In this document: one piece after another, positions 28,020 through 36,963 of the stretch
How positions within the stretch are numbered: position 1 is the first letter of the stretch
Layout of the letters: each line of letters begins with the position of its first letter
The notes under the pieces: model-generated
Told to the model about the DNA's origin: nothing
The model's input: only the letters and a program-made list of their open reading frames with translations
Database searches by the model: none
Program-made: the position numbers and the translations under genes
Assembly (NCBI GenBank): GCA_001781105.1
Contig: MFKV01000006.1
Coordinates: forward strand, 9,032 to 73,031
Source of the DNA: Candidatus Kaiserbacteria bacterium RIFCSPHIGHO2_01_FULL_54_36
GTDB lineage: Bacteria > Patescibacteriota > Minisyncoccia > Phycocordibacterales > UBA2100
Direction: 5' to 3'
DNA: 64,000 nt

Positions 28020-28934
28020 ATGGCAAATAGGCACCTCGCACGATCAGTCGTATTACAAGTCCTTTTTGAGCGGGACTCTACGGAAGGGAAATTGAGCAAC
28101 GAGCAGGCGTTCGGCCGCCTTGTCGATTACGGCAAGGAATTCGGCACGCGAGACAGTGACATGCCATTCATGAGGGAACTCCTCCAAACGGCGATCGCCA
28201 AGCAAAAAGAAATAGATGAAGTAATCGTGCGCGCAGCGCCCGAGTGGCCGATAGATCGTATTGCAGCGATCGACCGCAACATCCTGCGGCTCGGGCTCAC
28301 AGAGCTCCTCTTTGCCGATCGCGCGCAGGTACCGGCAAAAGTCGCCATCAACGAAGCCATCGAGCTCGCAAAATCATTCGGAAGCGCCTCGTCGGGCAGG
28401 TTCGTGAACGGCGTCTTAGGCGCTGTCTATGTAGAGCTCGGCGAGCCGGGAAAGAATGAGGGTGGTGCGCGCAAGCAAGGAGGAGAGCGGCTAGCAAAAA
28501 TGCCCACAGAACATCTGGCTGGCGCCGTCGTGTATGCGCGCTCGGAAGGCGAGACGTATCTCGCATTCGTCCACGATATTTTTGGGCACTGGACCATCTC
28601 GAAGGGCAAGATCGAAGAAGGGGAAGATGTCAAAGCGGGCGCAATACGGGAGATACAAGAAGAGATGGGGCTCGATATCAAGATCGTCCAAGAGCTCGGT
28701 GTCAACGAATACATCGCCAACGATTCCAAGGTGGAGGGTGGTAAGAAACGCAAGCGCGTGAGCTACTTCCTCGCCGAATCCCCTTTCACCGAGCTCAAAC
28801 TCGGTTCATCGGGAGGCCTCGATGATGCGCAGTGGTTCCCGCTTTCGGCAGTAGGGGACCTCAATTTCTATGATGATACTCTGAAAATAATTGTGCCGGC
28901 GATCAATGCGCTCGCTCGCGGCGAAAAACGCTAG
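28020..28934 (+). CDS. nusB: Transcription antitermination factor NusB fused to a NUDIX domain
   Basis: IDRNILR, VAINEAIELAK.FG...SGRFVNGVLG; C-terminal KG.IE.GE....GA.REIQEE.G Nudix box. Confidence 0.93.
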   Translation: MANRHLARSVVLQVLFERDSTEGKLSNEQAFGRLVDYGKEFGTRDSDMPFMRELLQTAIAKQKEIDEVIVRAAPEWPIDRIAAIDRNILRLGLTELLFADRAQVPAKVAINEAIELAKSFGSASSGRFVNGVLGAVYVELGEPGKNEGGARKQGGERLAKMPTEHLAGAVVYARSEGETYLAFVHDIFGHWTISKGKIEEGEDVKAGAIREIQEEMGLDIKIVQELGVNEYIANDSKVEGGKKRKRVSYFLAESPFTELKLGSSGGLDDAQWFPLSAVGDLNFYDDTLKIIVPAINALARGEKR

Positions 28935-28939
28935 GAGGT

Positions 28940-29221
28940 ATGCCCGGCAGGACAATTTCGAATCGCTTTTACTACGTCTATGTGCTGGAAAGTATGAAGG
29001 ACGCCAAACAATACATCGGATTCACGACTGATCTGCGGAAGCGTATGGATCAACACCAGCAAGGCAAAAGTTTTGCCACAGCCCCGCGACGACCTTTCGT
29101 TTTAGCGTATTATGAAGCCTGTCGGTCCAAAATAGACGCTATGCGTCGAGAAGACTACCTGAAGCATTCAGAAGGTCGTCGCTTTCTTGTAAAACGATTG
29201 AAAGATTATTATGGAAAGTAA
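28940..29221 (+). CDS. Small stand-alone GIY-YIG nuclease
   Basis: YYVYVL.S.....YIGFT.DL.KR...H..G....T..RRP..L.YYE......A..RE..LK. Confidence 0.92.
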   Translation: MPGRTISNRFYYVYVLESMKDAKQYIGFTTDLRKRMDQHQQGKSFATAPRRPFVLAYYEACRSKIDAMRREDYLKHSEGRRFLVKRLKDYYGK

Positions 29222-29249
29222 TTATTCGAAATTGTACTAGCCGGGTATG
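28940..29249 (+). mobile_element. GIY-YIG-carrying element with terminal inverted repeats, flanked by ATG on both sides
   Basis: cccggcaggacaatttcgaat ... attcgaaattgtactagccggg; ends shared with 1349-1489. Confidence 0.7.
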
Positions 29250-29933
29250 GAATTCGGGACATTCGAGCAAAAGATCGGATACGATTTCAAAGATAAAGGT
29301 TTGCTTCAGCAAGCGTTTACGCATCGCTCGTATCTCAACGAAAATCGCACTTCAGGCGCGGAGCACAATGAACGCTTAGAATTCTTGGGAGACGCGGTCT
29401 TGGAGCTCGTCGTCACGGAATTCTTGTTTGCCAAGTACCCCGACAAACCCGAGGGCGATCTTACCGCCTATCGCGCAGCGCTCGTAAATACGCAGAGCAT
29501 ATCGGACGCTGCGACGAAGCTGGGGATGAACGAATACTTATTGCTCTCGCGCGGGGAAGCGCGCGATACCGGGCGCGCGCGGCAGATCATTTTGGCCAAC
29601 GCATTCGAGGCCCTCATCGGCGCCATATACCTCGATTCAGGCTACGCGGCCTCAAAGGATTTTATAGGGGTACAGCTTTTTCATAAGACTGACGAGGTGG
29701 TCTCGAAGCGCCTGTGGCAGGACGCCAAGAGCCGTTTGCAAGAAATTGCGCAGGAGCAAAAGGGCATTACCCCTACCTATGAAATGGTGAGCCAGACTGG
29801 GCCTGACCACGACAAACTATTCGTCGTTGCGGCCCACATCGGGAGTGAGCGCATAGCGACAGGCGAAGGCCGCTCAAAACAAGAGGCAGAACAAGATGCT
29901 GCGCAGAAAGCGCTTGCAGCGAAGGGGTGGTGA
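29247..29933 (+). CDS. rnc: Ribonuclease III
   Basis: NERLEFLGDAVL signature; dsRBD. Confidence 0.98.
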   Translation: MEFGTFEQKIGYDFKDKGLLQQAFTHRSYLNENRTSGAEHNERLEFLGDAVLELVVTEFLFAKYPDKPEGDLTAYRAALVNTQSISDAATKLGMNEYLLLSRGEARDTGRARQIILANAFEALIGAIYLDSGYAASKDFIGVQLFHKTDEVVSKRLWQDAKSRLQEIAQEQKGITPTYEMVSQTGPDHDKLFVVAAHIGSERIATGEGRSKQEAEQDAAQKALAAKGW

Positions 29934-30046
29934 GGGCGCTCGGCGGGGGATGCGTCCTCCGGGCACGCGATTTTCCTACTGAAAAATCGCTCGGGCTTCG
30001 CGCCGACGCGCTGCAGAGTCCCTCCGAACGCATCCCCCGCCTCGCT
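29934..30046 (+). repeat. Copy B of the 113-nt structured repeat
   Basis: 109/113 identical to 34114-34226. Confidence 0.92.
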
Positions 30047-30302
30047 TGAAGTTGGAAAGAAAGTCAACACGTCGCAGCTGCGAAGGGCCTTCCTCAAGGC
30101 CCACCCCGTCCCTTGCTGAGAGTTGAAGAATGTGGAAAAAGACATATGTCCGTACTCACTTTGGTTTGGAAATTCACGTAATCTTTATCTACACCTTGCC
30201 CCTTGCGCCGGGCTGGCAATGGTGGCATTGTGATAGTAGGACTGATCGGTTCTGGTCGGTCCTAAAGGTCCGATAAGGACCTTTTGACTAGGGAGCAAAA
30301 CA

Positions 30303-30434
30303 ATGGCTCGGCATCACGACACCGACTACACTGGTGTACCGCAGTTCGCACGGAGCGGCGTTATGGACGGCATCTTCTGGGTGATGCTTGCCATCGCGCT
30401 GATCGGTCCTGCGGCTGCGGCTGCGTTCAGCTGA
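30303..30434 (+). CDS. 43-aa single-TM small protein (not in the ORF track)
   Basis: GGGAG SD; MARHHDTDYTGVPQFARSGVMDGIFWVMLAIALIGPAAAAAFS; GC hairpin follows. Confidence 0.55.
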   Translation: MARHHDTDYTGVPQFARSGVMDGIFWVMLAIALIGPAAAAAFS

Positions 30435-30512
30435 TCGAGCGAATCATGATGCGGCGGCGGGCTCCCCCCGGGGGGCCCGCCGATCGATTTTATTTTGATA
30501 CAATGAAGCCCA

Positions 30513-32726
30513 ATGTTCCTCAGCCTGAAGTCCATCGAGCTCTCCGGTTTCAAGTCGTTCGGTAAGAAAACCGAGCTCGTCTTCACGTCGCCCATAGCCG
30601 CGATCGTTGGCCCCAACGGCTCAGGCAAATCCAATGTCGCGGAAGGATTCCGTTTCGTTCTGGGCGAGCAATCAATGAAGTCGCTGCGTAGTAAGCGCGG
30701 CGAAGACCTTATCTGGGGCGGCTCGCCTGCACTGCCGCGGATGAATCGCGCGGGAGTGAAAGTGGTTTTTGACAACAGTAAACGCCTTCTCGATCTCGAT
30801 TTTAAAGAAGTTGTGGTGGAGCGTGTCGTGTATCGCGACGGGCAGAACGAGTACTTGTTGAACGGCACTGTCGTGCGGCTCAAGGATGTCATCCGCCTCC
30901 TCGCAGGAGCCAATATCGGCGGCTCGGGCTACCAGATCATCTCCCAAGGCGAGGCGGATAGGATATTGAATGCTCGCCCACGCGAGCGTCGAGAAATGGT
31001 AGAAGACGCGCTGGGACTCAAGCTCTATCAGCACAAAAAAGCCGAGAGCGAGCGCAAGCTAGAGGACGCTCGGAATAATATCGAGAAGACAAAATCGCTT
31101 CGCCGGGAGATCGCGCCACACCTCAATTTCTTGCGCACGCAGGTAGAAAGAATAGAGAAAGCGCGCGAGATGAAGGAGGAGCTCGCCGTGAAGCTCAACG
31201 AATACCTTGCGCGCGAACATGCGTGGATCACCCAAGAGGACGCCCGCCTTCGCCAGGAAGAACAGGTACAGGTAAATGAGTTGAAGGAACTGACCGAATC
31301 TGTTTCCCGCAGCCGTTCGACGACGGCTTCGGCAGGGCAAAGCACGTTGCGCGAGTTGCAAGGTACGTTGTCGGAGCGCGAAGGAAAACTCTCGGAAGCG
31401 CGGCGCGAAAGCGAGAAATTAGGTAGGGAACTGGGTCGCGCGGAAGGTGCCTTGGCAGCCAATACCGTGACGGTGGAGCAGATCGTGCCAGTGCCGCACG
31501 TGCGCCAATTCACGCGCGAGCTCTCGGAGGTGATCGGCGAAGCTGAGCGAGAGAGCGACGTACATACGATCAAGAGCAAGCTCGCTCACATCCGCGGGCG
31601 CATCAAGGCGTTCGTTGAGGGGCTTTCGGGCTTCGCGCCGGAGACCAACGAAGAAGTGCGCCAGCAAGTGGAGCGCCTGACAAAATCACTCGACCGTGTA
31701 CAGGAGGAAGAAAAGGCGCTCGCAGGCGAGCTTGAAGCGCTTCGCAAAGAGATAGCAAAAACGCGCGAGGCCGGGTTTGCGGCCGAGCGCGATCTTCTGG
31801 CGCTCGAATCGCATGTGCGCGAAGCACAAGGCAAGCTCTCGTCGGTGCGGGCCGCACGGAGCGCCATCCAGAGTCTACGGCAGCGATTTGAAGAAGAGGT
31901 GCGCGAGGGCATCGCGCTCATTGGCGAGGCCGTCCACGGGTGGGAGAAGTCGCACGTGCCCGAAGGCGCGCTCCATGAAGATGATAGGACAAAGCAAGAG
32001 AAGCGGCGGCGCGAGATCGAGCGCTTGAAGATCAAGATAGAAGAGTCCGGTATCGGCGGGGGAGACGCGGTCATCAAAGAATTTAATCAGACGAAGGAGC
32101 GCGAGCAATTTCTTGGCAAAGAGCTTGCCGACCTTGAGAGTTCTGTCGAGAAGCTCGAGGACATAATCGCGGAGCTCGAGAAGACGATTGATGCGCGTTT
32201 TACTGAAGGGCTAAAACACATCAACGAAGCCCTTAGAAGTTTTTTCAGCAAACTTTTTGGGGGCGGTTATGTGAAGTTGGAGGTTGAACAGCCCAAACGA
32301 GCCGCGCGCTCAAAGATCGGAGAAGAGGATGAGGGGGATGAATGGGAAGAACGGGAGGAAGAGGATCTCTATGCCGGCCTTTCGATCGATGTCTCACTCC
32401 CCCGCAAGAAAATCCGCGGGCTCGATGTCCTCTCCGGTGGTGAGCGCGCGCTTACCTCCATCGCCCTCATCTTTTCTTTTGTTGCAGTGAATCCCCCACC
32501 GTTCCTTATTTTGGACGAGACAGATGCGGCGCTCGACGAGGCCAATTCAAAGCGCTATGCCGACATGATCAGGGAGCTCGGGGCAAAATCGCAGCTCATC
32601 GTCATCACACACAACCGCGCGACTATGAGTGCCGCTGGCGAGCTCTACGGCGTCACCATGGGGCAGGATGGAGTGTCGAAATTACTGTCAGTCAAATTAG
32701 AGGAGGCGGAGCAGGTTGCCAAGTGA
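30513..32726 (+). CDS. smc: SMC-family ATPase, short form
   Basis: GFKSF, GPNGSGKSN, LSGGE, FLILDETDAALDEAN; coiled coil; follows rnc. Confidence 0.9.
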   Translation: MFLSLKSIELSGFKSFGKKTELVFTSPIAAIVGPNGSGKSNVAEGFRFVLGEQSMKSLRSKRGEDLIWGGSPALPRMNRAGVKVVFDNSKRLLDLDFKEVVVERVVYRDGQNEYLLNGTVVRLKDVIRLLAGANIGGSGYQIISQGEADRILNARPRERREMVEDALGLKLYQHKKAESERKLEDARNNIEKTKSLRREIAPHLNFLRTQVERIEKAREMKEELAVKLNEYLAREHAWITQEDARLRQEEQVQVNELKELTESVSRSRSTTASAGQSTLRELQGTLSEREGKLSEARRESEKLGRELGRAEGALAANTVTVEQIVPVPHVRQFTRELSEVIGEAERESDVHTIKSKLAHIRGRIKAFVEGLSGFAPETNEEVRQQVERLTKSLDRVQEEEKALAGELEALRKEIAKTREAGFAAERDLLALESHVREAQGKLSSVRAARSAIQSLRQRFEEEVREGIALIGEAVHGWEKSHVPEGALHEDDRTKQEKRRREIERLKIKIEESGIGGGDAVIKEFNQTKEREQFLGKELADLESSVEKLEDIIAELEKTIDARFTEGLKHINEALRSFFSKLFGGGYVKLEVEQPKRAARSKIGEEDEGDEWEEREEEDLYAGLSIDVSLPRKKIRGLDVLSGGERALTSIALIFSFVAVNPPPFLILDETDAALDEANSKRYADMIRELGAKSQLIVITHNRATMSAAGELYGVTMGQDGVSKLLSVKLEEAEQVAK

Positions 32727-32782
32727 AGAAGGCCAGTGGTTTCCGGAGAGGAAACGCGACGCTGGCCCTCCTTGGCAAGATT

Positions 32783-33067
32783 TCAGGCATGGTTTGCCCC
32801 CATGGTTACGGTGCGGACTTCTCGGATTGCCCTTAATGCAGTCTCAATCTCGACGGCATCATGCGCGGTCGTAACCGCAAATTTTGCCGCCGCACGCAAG
32901 TTGCCAGCCCTCGGGAACGACAATATTTGCTCGACGCTCCCAAACTTGCCGAGCGCATACCGTATTCTCCGAACGCCGTTCTTGTCAAAGTCGCCTGTGA
33001 CCGTGACAAGCAATCTTGTACACTGGCTCGTGCTGTCCACTTTACTCACCTCCTTCACTACCCGCAT
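32783..33067 (-). CDS. Small hypothetical protein (ferredoxin/ACT-like pattern)
   Basis: 94 aa ORF filling the smc-rpsP gap. Confidence 0.45.
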   Translation of the reverse strand: MRVVKEVSKVDSTSQCTRLLVTVTGDFDKNGVRRIRYALGKFGSVEQILSFPRAGNLRAAAKFAVTTAHDAVEIETALRAIREVRTVTMGANHA

Positions 33068-33179
33068 TCAATCAAATATGCAGAAAAGGGCAAACGACAT
33101 TCGCGGGGATGAGGCCGGCCCCGCCATGGCGGGGCCGGCATTGATTTTTGGGGCTTTTTCTAGTAGAGTCTCCGGACAT

Positions 33180-33671
33180 ATGTTGAAAATCAGAATGCAA
33201 CGCACCGGGCGGATCAATACGCCTTCTTACCGCATTGTTGTCGTCGAGCATACCGCGAGCCCTACAGCAGGTAGGTTCGTCGATAAGGTCGGCACCTACG
33301 ACCCGAAGAGCAAGGCGCGCAACCTCAATGTGGAGCGAATCAAGCACTGGATGTCGGTAGGCGCGAAGCCCTCGGCGACCGTCCACAATATGCTTGTTTC
33401 CCTCGGCGTCATTAACGCAAAGAAAATCAACGTCCTTCCCGCCTACAAGGCTCCCGCCGAAGCGGCTGCGGCAGAACAAGAAGCTGAGGCGGCAAAAGCT
33501 GCGGAACAAAAAGCAAAGGAGGAAGCTAAAGCTGCGCACGAGGCTTCGGTAGAAGCGGAGAAAGCACAAAAGGAAGCTGAAGCAGCAGCCCCCGCCCCAG
33601 CAGAGGAGGCACCGAAGGAGGAAACGAAGGCAGAGCCGGAAGCGGTCGCTGCGGAAGCAAAAGCGGAGTAG
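33180..33671 (+). CDS. rpsP: 30S ribosomal protein S16 with A/E/K-rich tail
   Basis: MLKIRMQRTG....P.YRIVV, G.YDP, GAKPS.TV. Confidence 0.96.
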   Translation: MLKIRMQRTGRINTPSYRIVVVEHTASPTAGRFVDKVGTYDPKSKARNLNVERIKHWMSVGAKPSATVHNMLVSLGVINAKKINVLPAYKAPAEAAAAEQEAEAAKAAEQKAKEEAKAAHEASVEAEKAQKEAEAAAPAPAEEAPKEETKAEPEAVAAEAKAE

Positions 33672-33673
33672 TG

Positions 33674-33720
33674 GTATACCCCATGAGATAGCAAAGCTTT
33701 ATCTCACGGGGTATACTTTT
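33674..33720 (+). terminator. Hairpin after rpsP
   Basis: gtataccccatgagata...tatctcacggggtatac followed by T-run. Confidence 0.6.
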
Positions 33721-33747
33721 GATGGTATTAGTTAACACATCACAGAT

Positions 33748-34113
33748 ATGGAACAAGATCAACAGTTTCTTGAATACGTAGTTAAAGCTTTGGCGGATCA
33801 TCCCGGCGACGTCAAAATTGCGCGCACAGTGGATGAGATGGGCGTGCTACTCACGCTCTCGGTGCACAAAGACGACATGGGCAAAGTCATCGGCCGCTCG
33901 GGCCAGACTGCAAAAGCGATACGCACGGTACTGCGCGTAGTCGGCATGAAAAATGAGGCACGCGTAAATCTCAAGATCGAGGAGCCAGAGGGAAGCGAGC
34001 GCCTGTCCGGCCAGGGCGGGATGGGAGGCGGCGGAGCGAGCGAGCGACCTTCTGAGCCCTACCAACGCGACACAACCGTGGATGATGTCATCAAGGATCT
34101 GAAAGGGGAGTAG
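33748..34113 (+). CDS. khpA: KH-domain RNA-binding protein KhpA
   Basis: DDMGKVIGRSGQTAKAIRT; rpsP-khpA-trmD context. Confidence 0.93.
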   Translation: MEQDQQFLEYVVKALADHPGDVKIARTVDEMGVLLTLSVHKDDMGKVIGRSGQTAKAIRTVLRVVGMKNEARVNLKIEEPEGSERLSGQGGMGGGGASERPSEPYQRDTTVDDVIKDLKGE

Positions 34114-34226
34114 GGGCGCTCGGCGGGGGATGCTTTCTCCGGGCACGCGATTTTCCTGCTGAAAAATCGCTCGGGCTTCGCGCCGACGCGCTGCAGAGTC
34201 CCTCCGAAAGCATCCCCCGCCTCGCT
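34114..34226 (+). repeat. Copy C of the 113-nt structured repeat
   Basis: 109/113 identical to 29934-30046. Confidence 0.92.
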
Positions 34227-34246
34227 GGAGAAGAAAAAGAAAAGAT

Positions 34247-34894
34247 ATGCTTCACTTTCATATCGTTACGTTGTTTCCTGAATCCATCGAGCCGTATCTC
34301 AAGAGCTCGATCATTGGCCGCGCGCTCGCGGCGAGGAAAATAAAGATTTCATATTACGACCCTAAGAAGTTCACTCGGGACAAATATGGTCGCGTGGATA
34401 GGCGGCCATATGGCGGCGGACCCGGCATGGTGCTCGAGCCGGATGGAATGTTGCGCGCGGCTGAAAAGGCGGTCGGAAAGAAAAGGGGAGCTGAAAAGAT
34501 ATTTTTTGCTACCGACGGGGTGCTGTTTGACGAAGCGATGGCGAGAAAGCTCTCGAAGAAGAAAGACATTCTATTGATCTGCGGACACTACGAAGGTGTG
34601 GATGCGCGTGTGCAGAAAATATTGAAAGCAAAGAAAGTCTCCGTCGGTCCGTACGTGCTGACCGGCGGCGAGCTTCCAGCAGCTACGGTGATTGATGCCG
34701 TTACCCGCTTCGTTCCGGGAGTTTTAGGCAAAGCCGAATCACTCGAAGCCTCACGCGTATCGAGCCCCGAAGTTTACACGCGTCCGGAGGCCCTCATTTG
34801 GAAGGGTAGGAAATACAAGGTCCCCAAAGTACTCCTCTCCGGCCACCATGCTGAAATCGAGAAGTGGAAAAAGTCCCGAATCTCCGGAGGTTAA
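34247..34894 (+). CDS. trmD: tRNA (guanine-N1)-methyltransferase
   Basis: VD.RPYGGGPGMV, CGHYEGVD.R, YVLTGGE, YTRP, VP.VLLSG.H. Confidence 0.97.
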   Translation: MLHFHIVTLFPESIEPYLKSSIIGRALAARKIKISYYDPKKFTRDKYGRVDRRPYGGGPGMVLEPDGMLRAAEKAVGKKRGAEKIFFATDGVLFDEAMARKLSKKKDILLICGHYEGVDARVQKILKAKKVSVGPYVLTGGELPAATVIDAVTRFVPGVLGKAESLEASRVSSPEVYTRPEALIWKGRKYKVPKVLLSGHHAEIEKWKKSRISGG

Positions 34895-34905
34895 ACCTCC
34901 GGGGA
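34877..34905. repeat. REP-like palindrome 1
   Basis: tctccggaggt-taa-acctccgggga; holds the stops of trmD and the transposase. Confidence 0.85.
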
Positions 34906-35571
34906 ATACTCTCGGTAGTAATCGCGAGCGTCTTGAAGCATCTGGGAAAGATCCGGGAGCGAATCGTAGTATTCTTCGATTACTGGTCCGGTGATCTTTC
35001 GGGCTAAAGGATCTCTGCTGAAGAATTCCCTCGCACTTGAATACGGATATTCGAGAATTTGTGTGCGCATCTTTTTGATGTCGCACTTTCCCTGTTTCCA
35101 TTTTGGCTCAAACAACTCAGCGGGGTTCAAGATAACGTATGGTATTACTTGCTTCAGATACCGATCGTCGTCGATATGCTTTGCCTTATACGTACCTGCA
35201 AATAACGCTCCCGTCCGATCCCGTCGTGCATTGAAGTGCATTGTGTAGGCAGTAAATACTTTTTGCATGAACTTCGCTATCCCGCCGTCTTGAAGTTGTT
35301 GCAGCACAAAGTGCACGTGTGTCGGCATGAGCGAGAACGCCGCAATCTCGACAAGTGGTTTGCCTCGTTCTTGCGGATCACTCGCGAGGATCGATCGCAG
35401 ATCCCTGCGGTATCGGTCGGAGATAGCCTCGGTGTTGTCTCCGTTTGAAACGTATAAAAGCGACATAAAACGCTCGTAGTCGGCTTTCGACTCGAAAACC
35501 CTACGCTTGTCGACCCCTCTGTTGTAGCAGTGGTACCACTCCTCCGTCACGCATGGTGCTCTCGTTGCCAT
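34891..35571 (-). mobile_element. REP-associated tyrosine (Y1/HUH, IS200-like) transposase
   Basis: YHCYNRG, LMPTHVH (HUH), YT.HFN.R..R.G.LF...Y, Y..LNP, YPYSS; flanked by REP palindromes. Confidence 0.9.
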
Positions 35572-35589
35572 GCAGTAAAGACTACCACG

Positions 35590-35618
35590 AATCTCCGGAG
35601 GTTTAACCTCCGGAGATT
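35590..35618. repeat. REP-like palindrome 2
   Basis: aatctccggaggt-tta-acctccggagatt, perfect 13-bp arms. Confidence 0.9.
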
Positions 35619-35669
35619 GTGCACAAGCTCCTTGTGGCGATTTTACGAGGACCGACGTACAATAGGTCT

Positions 35670-35860
35670 TGTAGCACTCTTTGTTGCTGCCGAGTTCTTA
35701 CAATTGAAGAGCGAAAAGTAGCCTAAACCGCCGAGCAATCGGCGGCATGGCGAAAAGTCCAATGAAGCATGGAAAACCCATCATGGGATTGCTTCATTGG
35801 CCGTACGGGGAAACCCGTATGCTCGGCGCAAGCCGGGACCCGTGGTGGGCTTTGTGTTTT
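35670..35860 (+). ncRNA. Candidate structured leader/ncRNA with three GNRA-capped hairpins
   Basis: ccgccga-GCAA-tcggcgg; tacggg-GAAA-cccgta; ctcggc-GCAA-gccggg; 11-bp stem 35759-35800. Confidence 0.5.
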
Positions 35861-35892
35861 TGCTCGCCACGATAGTCAGTCAGGGAGCAGTT

Positions 35893-36945
35893 ATGCAAAG
35901 ACCAATACACTCACGACGCGCAAATCGCAAATCCCGAAAATGGCCGTCGGCAACTTTGGCGTTGGCAATTGTTCTTGTCGCGTTCGGGTCACTCGTACTT
36001 GGCTCGACGATTTTTGCCACTGCAAAAAATGCACAGCTTGCGGCGGCACTGCAGCCGTCTTCCTGCACAGGCGCGAAGAACGCAGGGTGTCCAAAGGAAG
36101 ATGCAAAAAATACGTACAAGTGCCCGGTCTCGCAGGGGAAATCAAAAGATAAAGTGCCAAAAAACTGTGTCTTGAATAAAGTCTGTTCAGAGAAAGGAGG
36201 CGCGAGCGGGAAGACAATAATGGGTACCTGTGCGTGTCCGGAGATCTGTAAGGCCAATGCCGACGAAGCGACCGACAAGAATGATCCAGGAAAAGACAAA
36301 GGAAAAGGCGCAATGCCAACACTTCCGGGACAAGAAAGTGGCCAACCCCCGCAAATGCAGGGAATGCCAAAAGCAGAGCAAGTTGAACAGCTGCCACAGC
36401 AAACCCCAATCGCGCCAAACAGCGCTGCGACACCGCCACCAGCTGAGAATAAATCTTGGGCTGGCAATGCTTGGGACACCATTCAAAGATTCGCCGGTAT
36501 TGAACCCGCGTCGGTTGATCCGCAAGCGGTGGAAAACATCGAACTCGGCAATGTGTCGGACGATCTAAACAGTCGCCCGCCGATTGCGGAGGGTCGCACA
36601 TTTGATGCTGGCGAACAAGCAAATTATGACGATACGACGGGCATGTATCAGTCGTCTGAGCCTACGCCAAAGACTTCCGACAATATTCCCGACCCCCCTC
36701 CTGCATACGACAATTCTAATTCGACATTCGCTTCATCTGAACAGAGACCTTTCTATTTCGAGAATCTATCGCCTGACGCTAGGGAGATTCATGTTTATAC
36801 AGACGCCGATGGAAAAATCCGCGACATCACTTGGAGCGATTTACCTGATGTCTTTCGAAGGAACATAGGATCTCTCTTATACAATCACCCCTTTACGCAA
36901 GGTGTCATTATTAGACCATGGTCATGGCTTACTAGTTTCTTCTAA
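35893..36945 (+). CDS. Membrane-anchored protein with 8-Cys domain and low-complexity tail
   Basis: GGGAG SD; N-terminal TM; Cys/Lys-rich segment. Confidence 0.75.
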   Translation: MQRPIHSRRANRKSRKWPSATLALAIVLVAFGSLVLGSTIFATAKNAQLAAALQPSSCTGAKNAGCPKEDAKNTYKCPVSQGKSKDKVPKNCVLNKVCSEKGGASGKTIMGTCACPEICKANADEATDKNDPGKDKGKGAMPTLPGQESGQPPQMQGMPKAEQVEQLPQQTPIAPNSAATPPPAENKSWAGNAWDTIQRFAGIEPASVDPQAVENIELGNVSDDLNSRPPIAEGRTFDAGEQANYDDTTGMYQSSEPTPKTSDNIPDPPPAYDNSNSTFASSEQRPFYFENLSPDAREIHVYTDADGKIRDITWSDLPDVFRRNIGSLLYNHPFTQGVIIRPWSWLTSFF

Positions 36946-36963
36946 ATATATTCCTAGAAAAAT

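Noticed and set aside
35710-35760. c-di-GMP-I riboswitch suggested by gcctaaacc
   Set aside because: The GGCAAACC...GAAA...GGACGCAAA core is absent; kept only as an unassigned structured RNA
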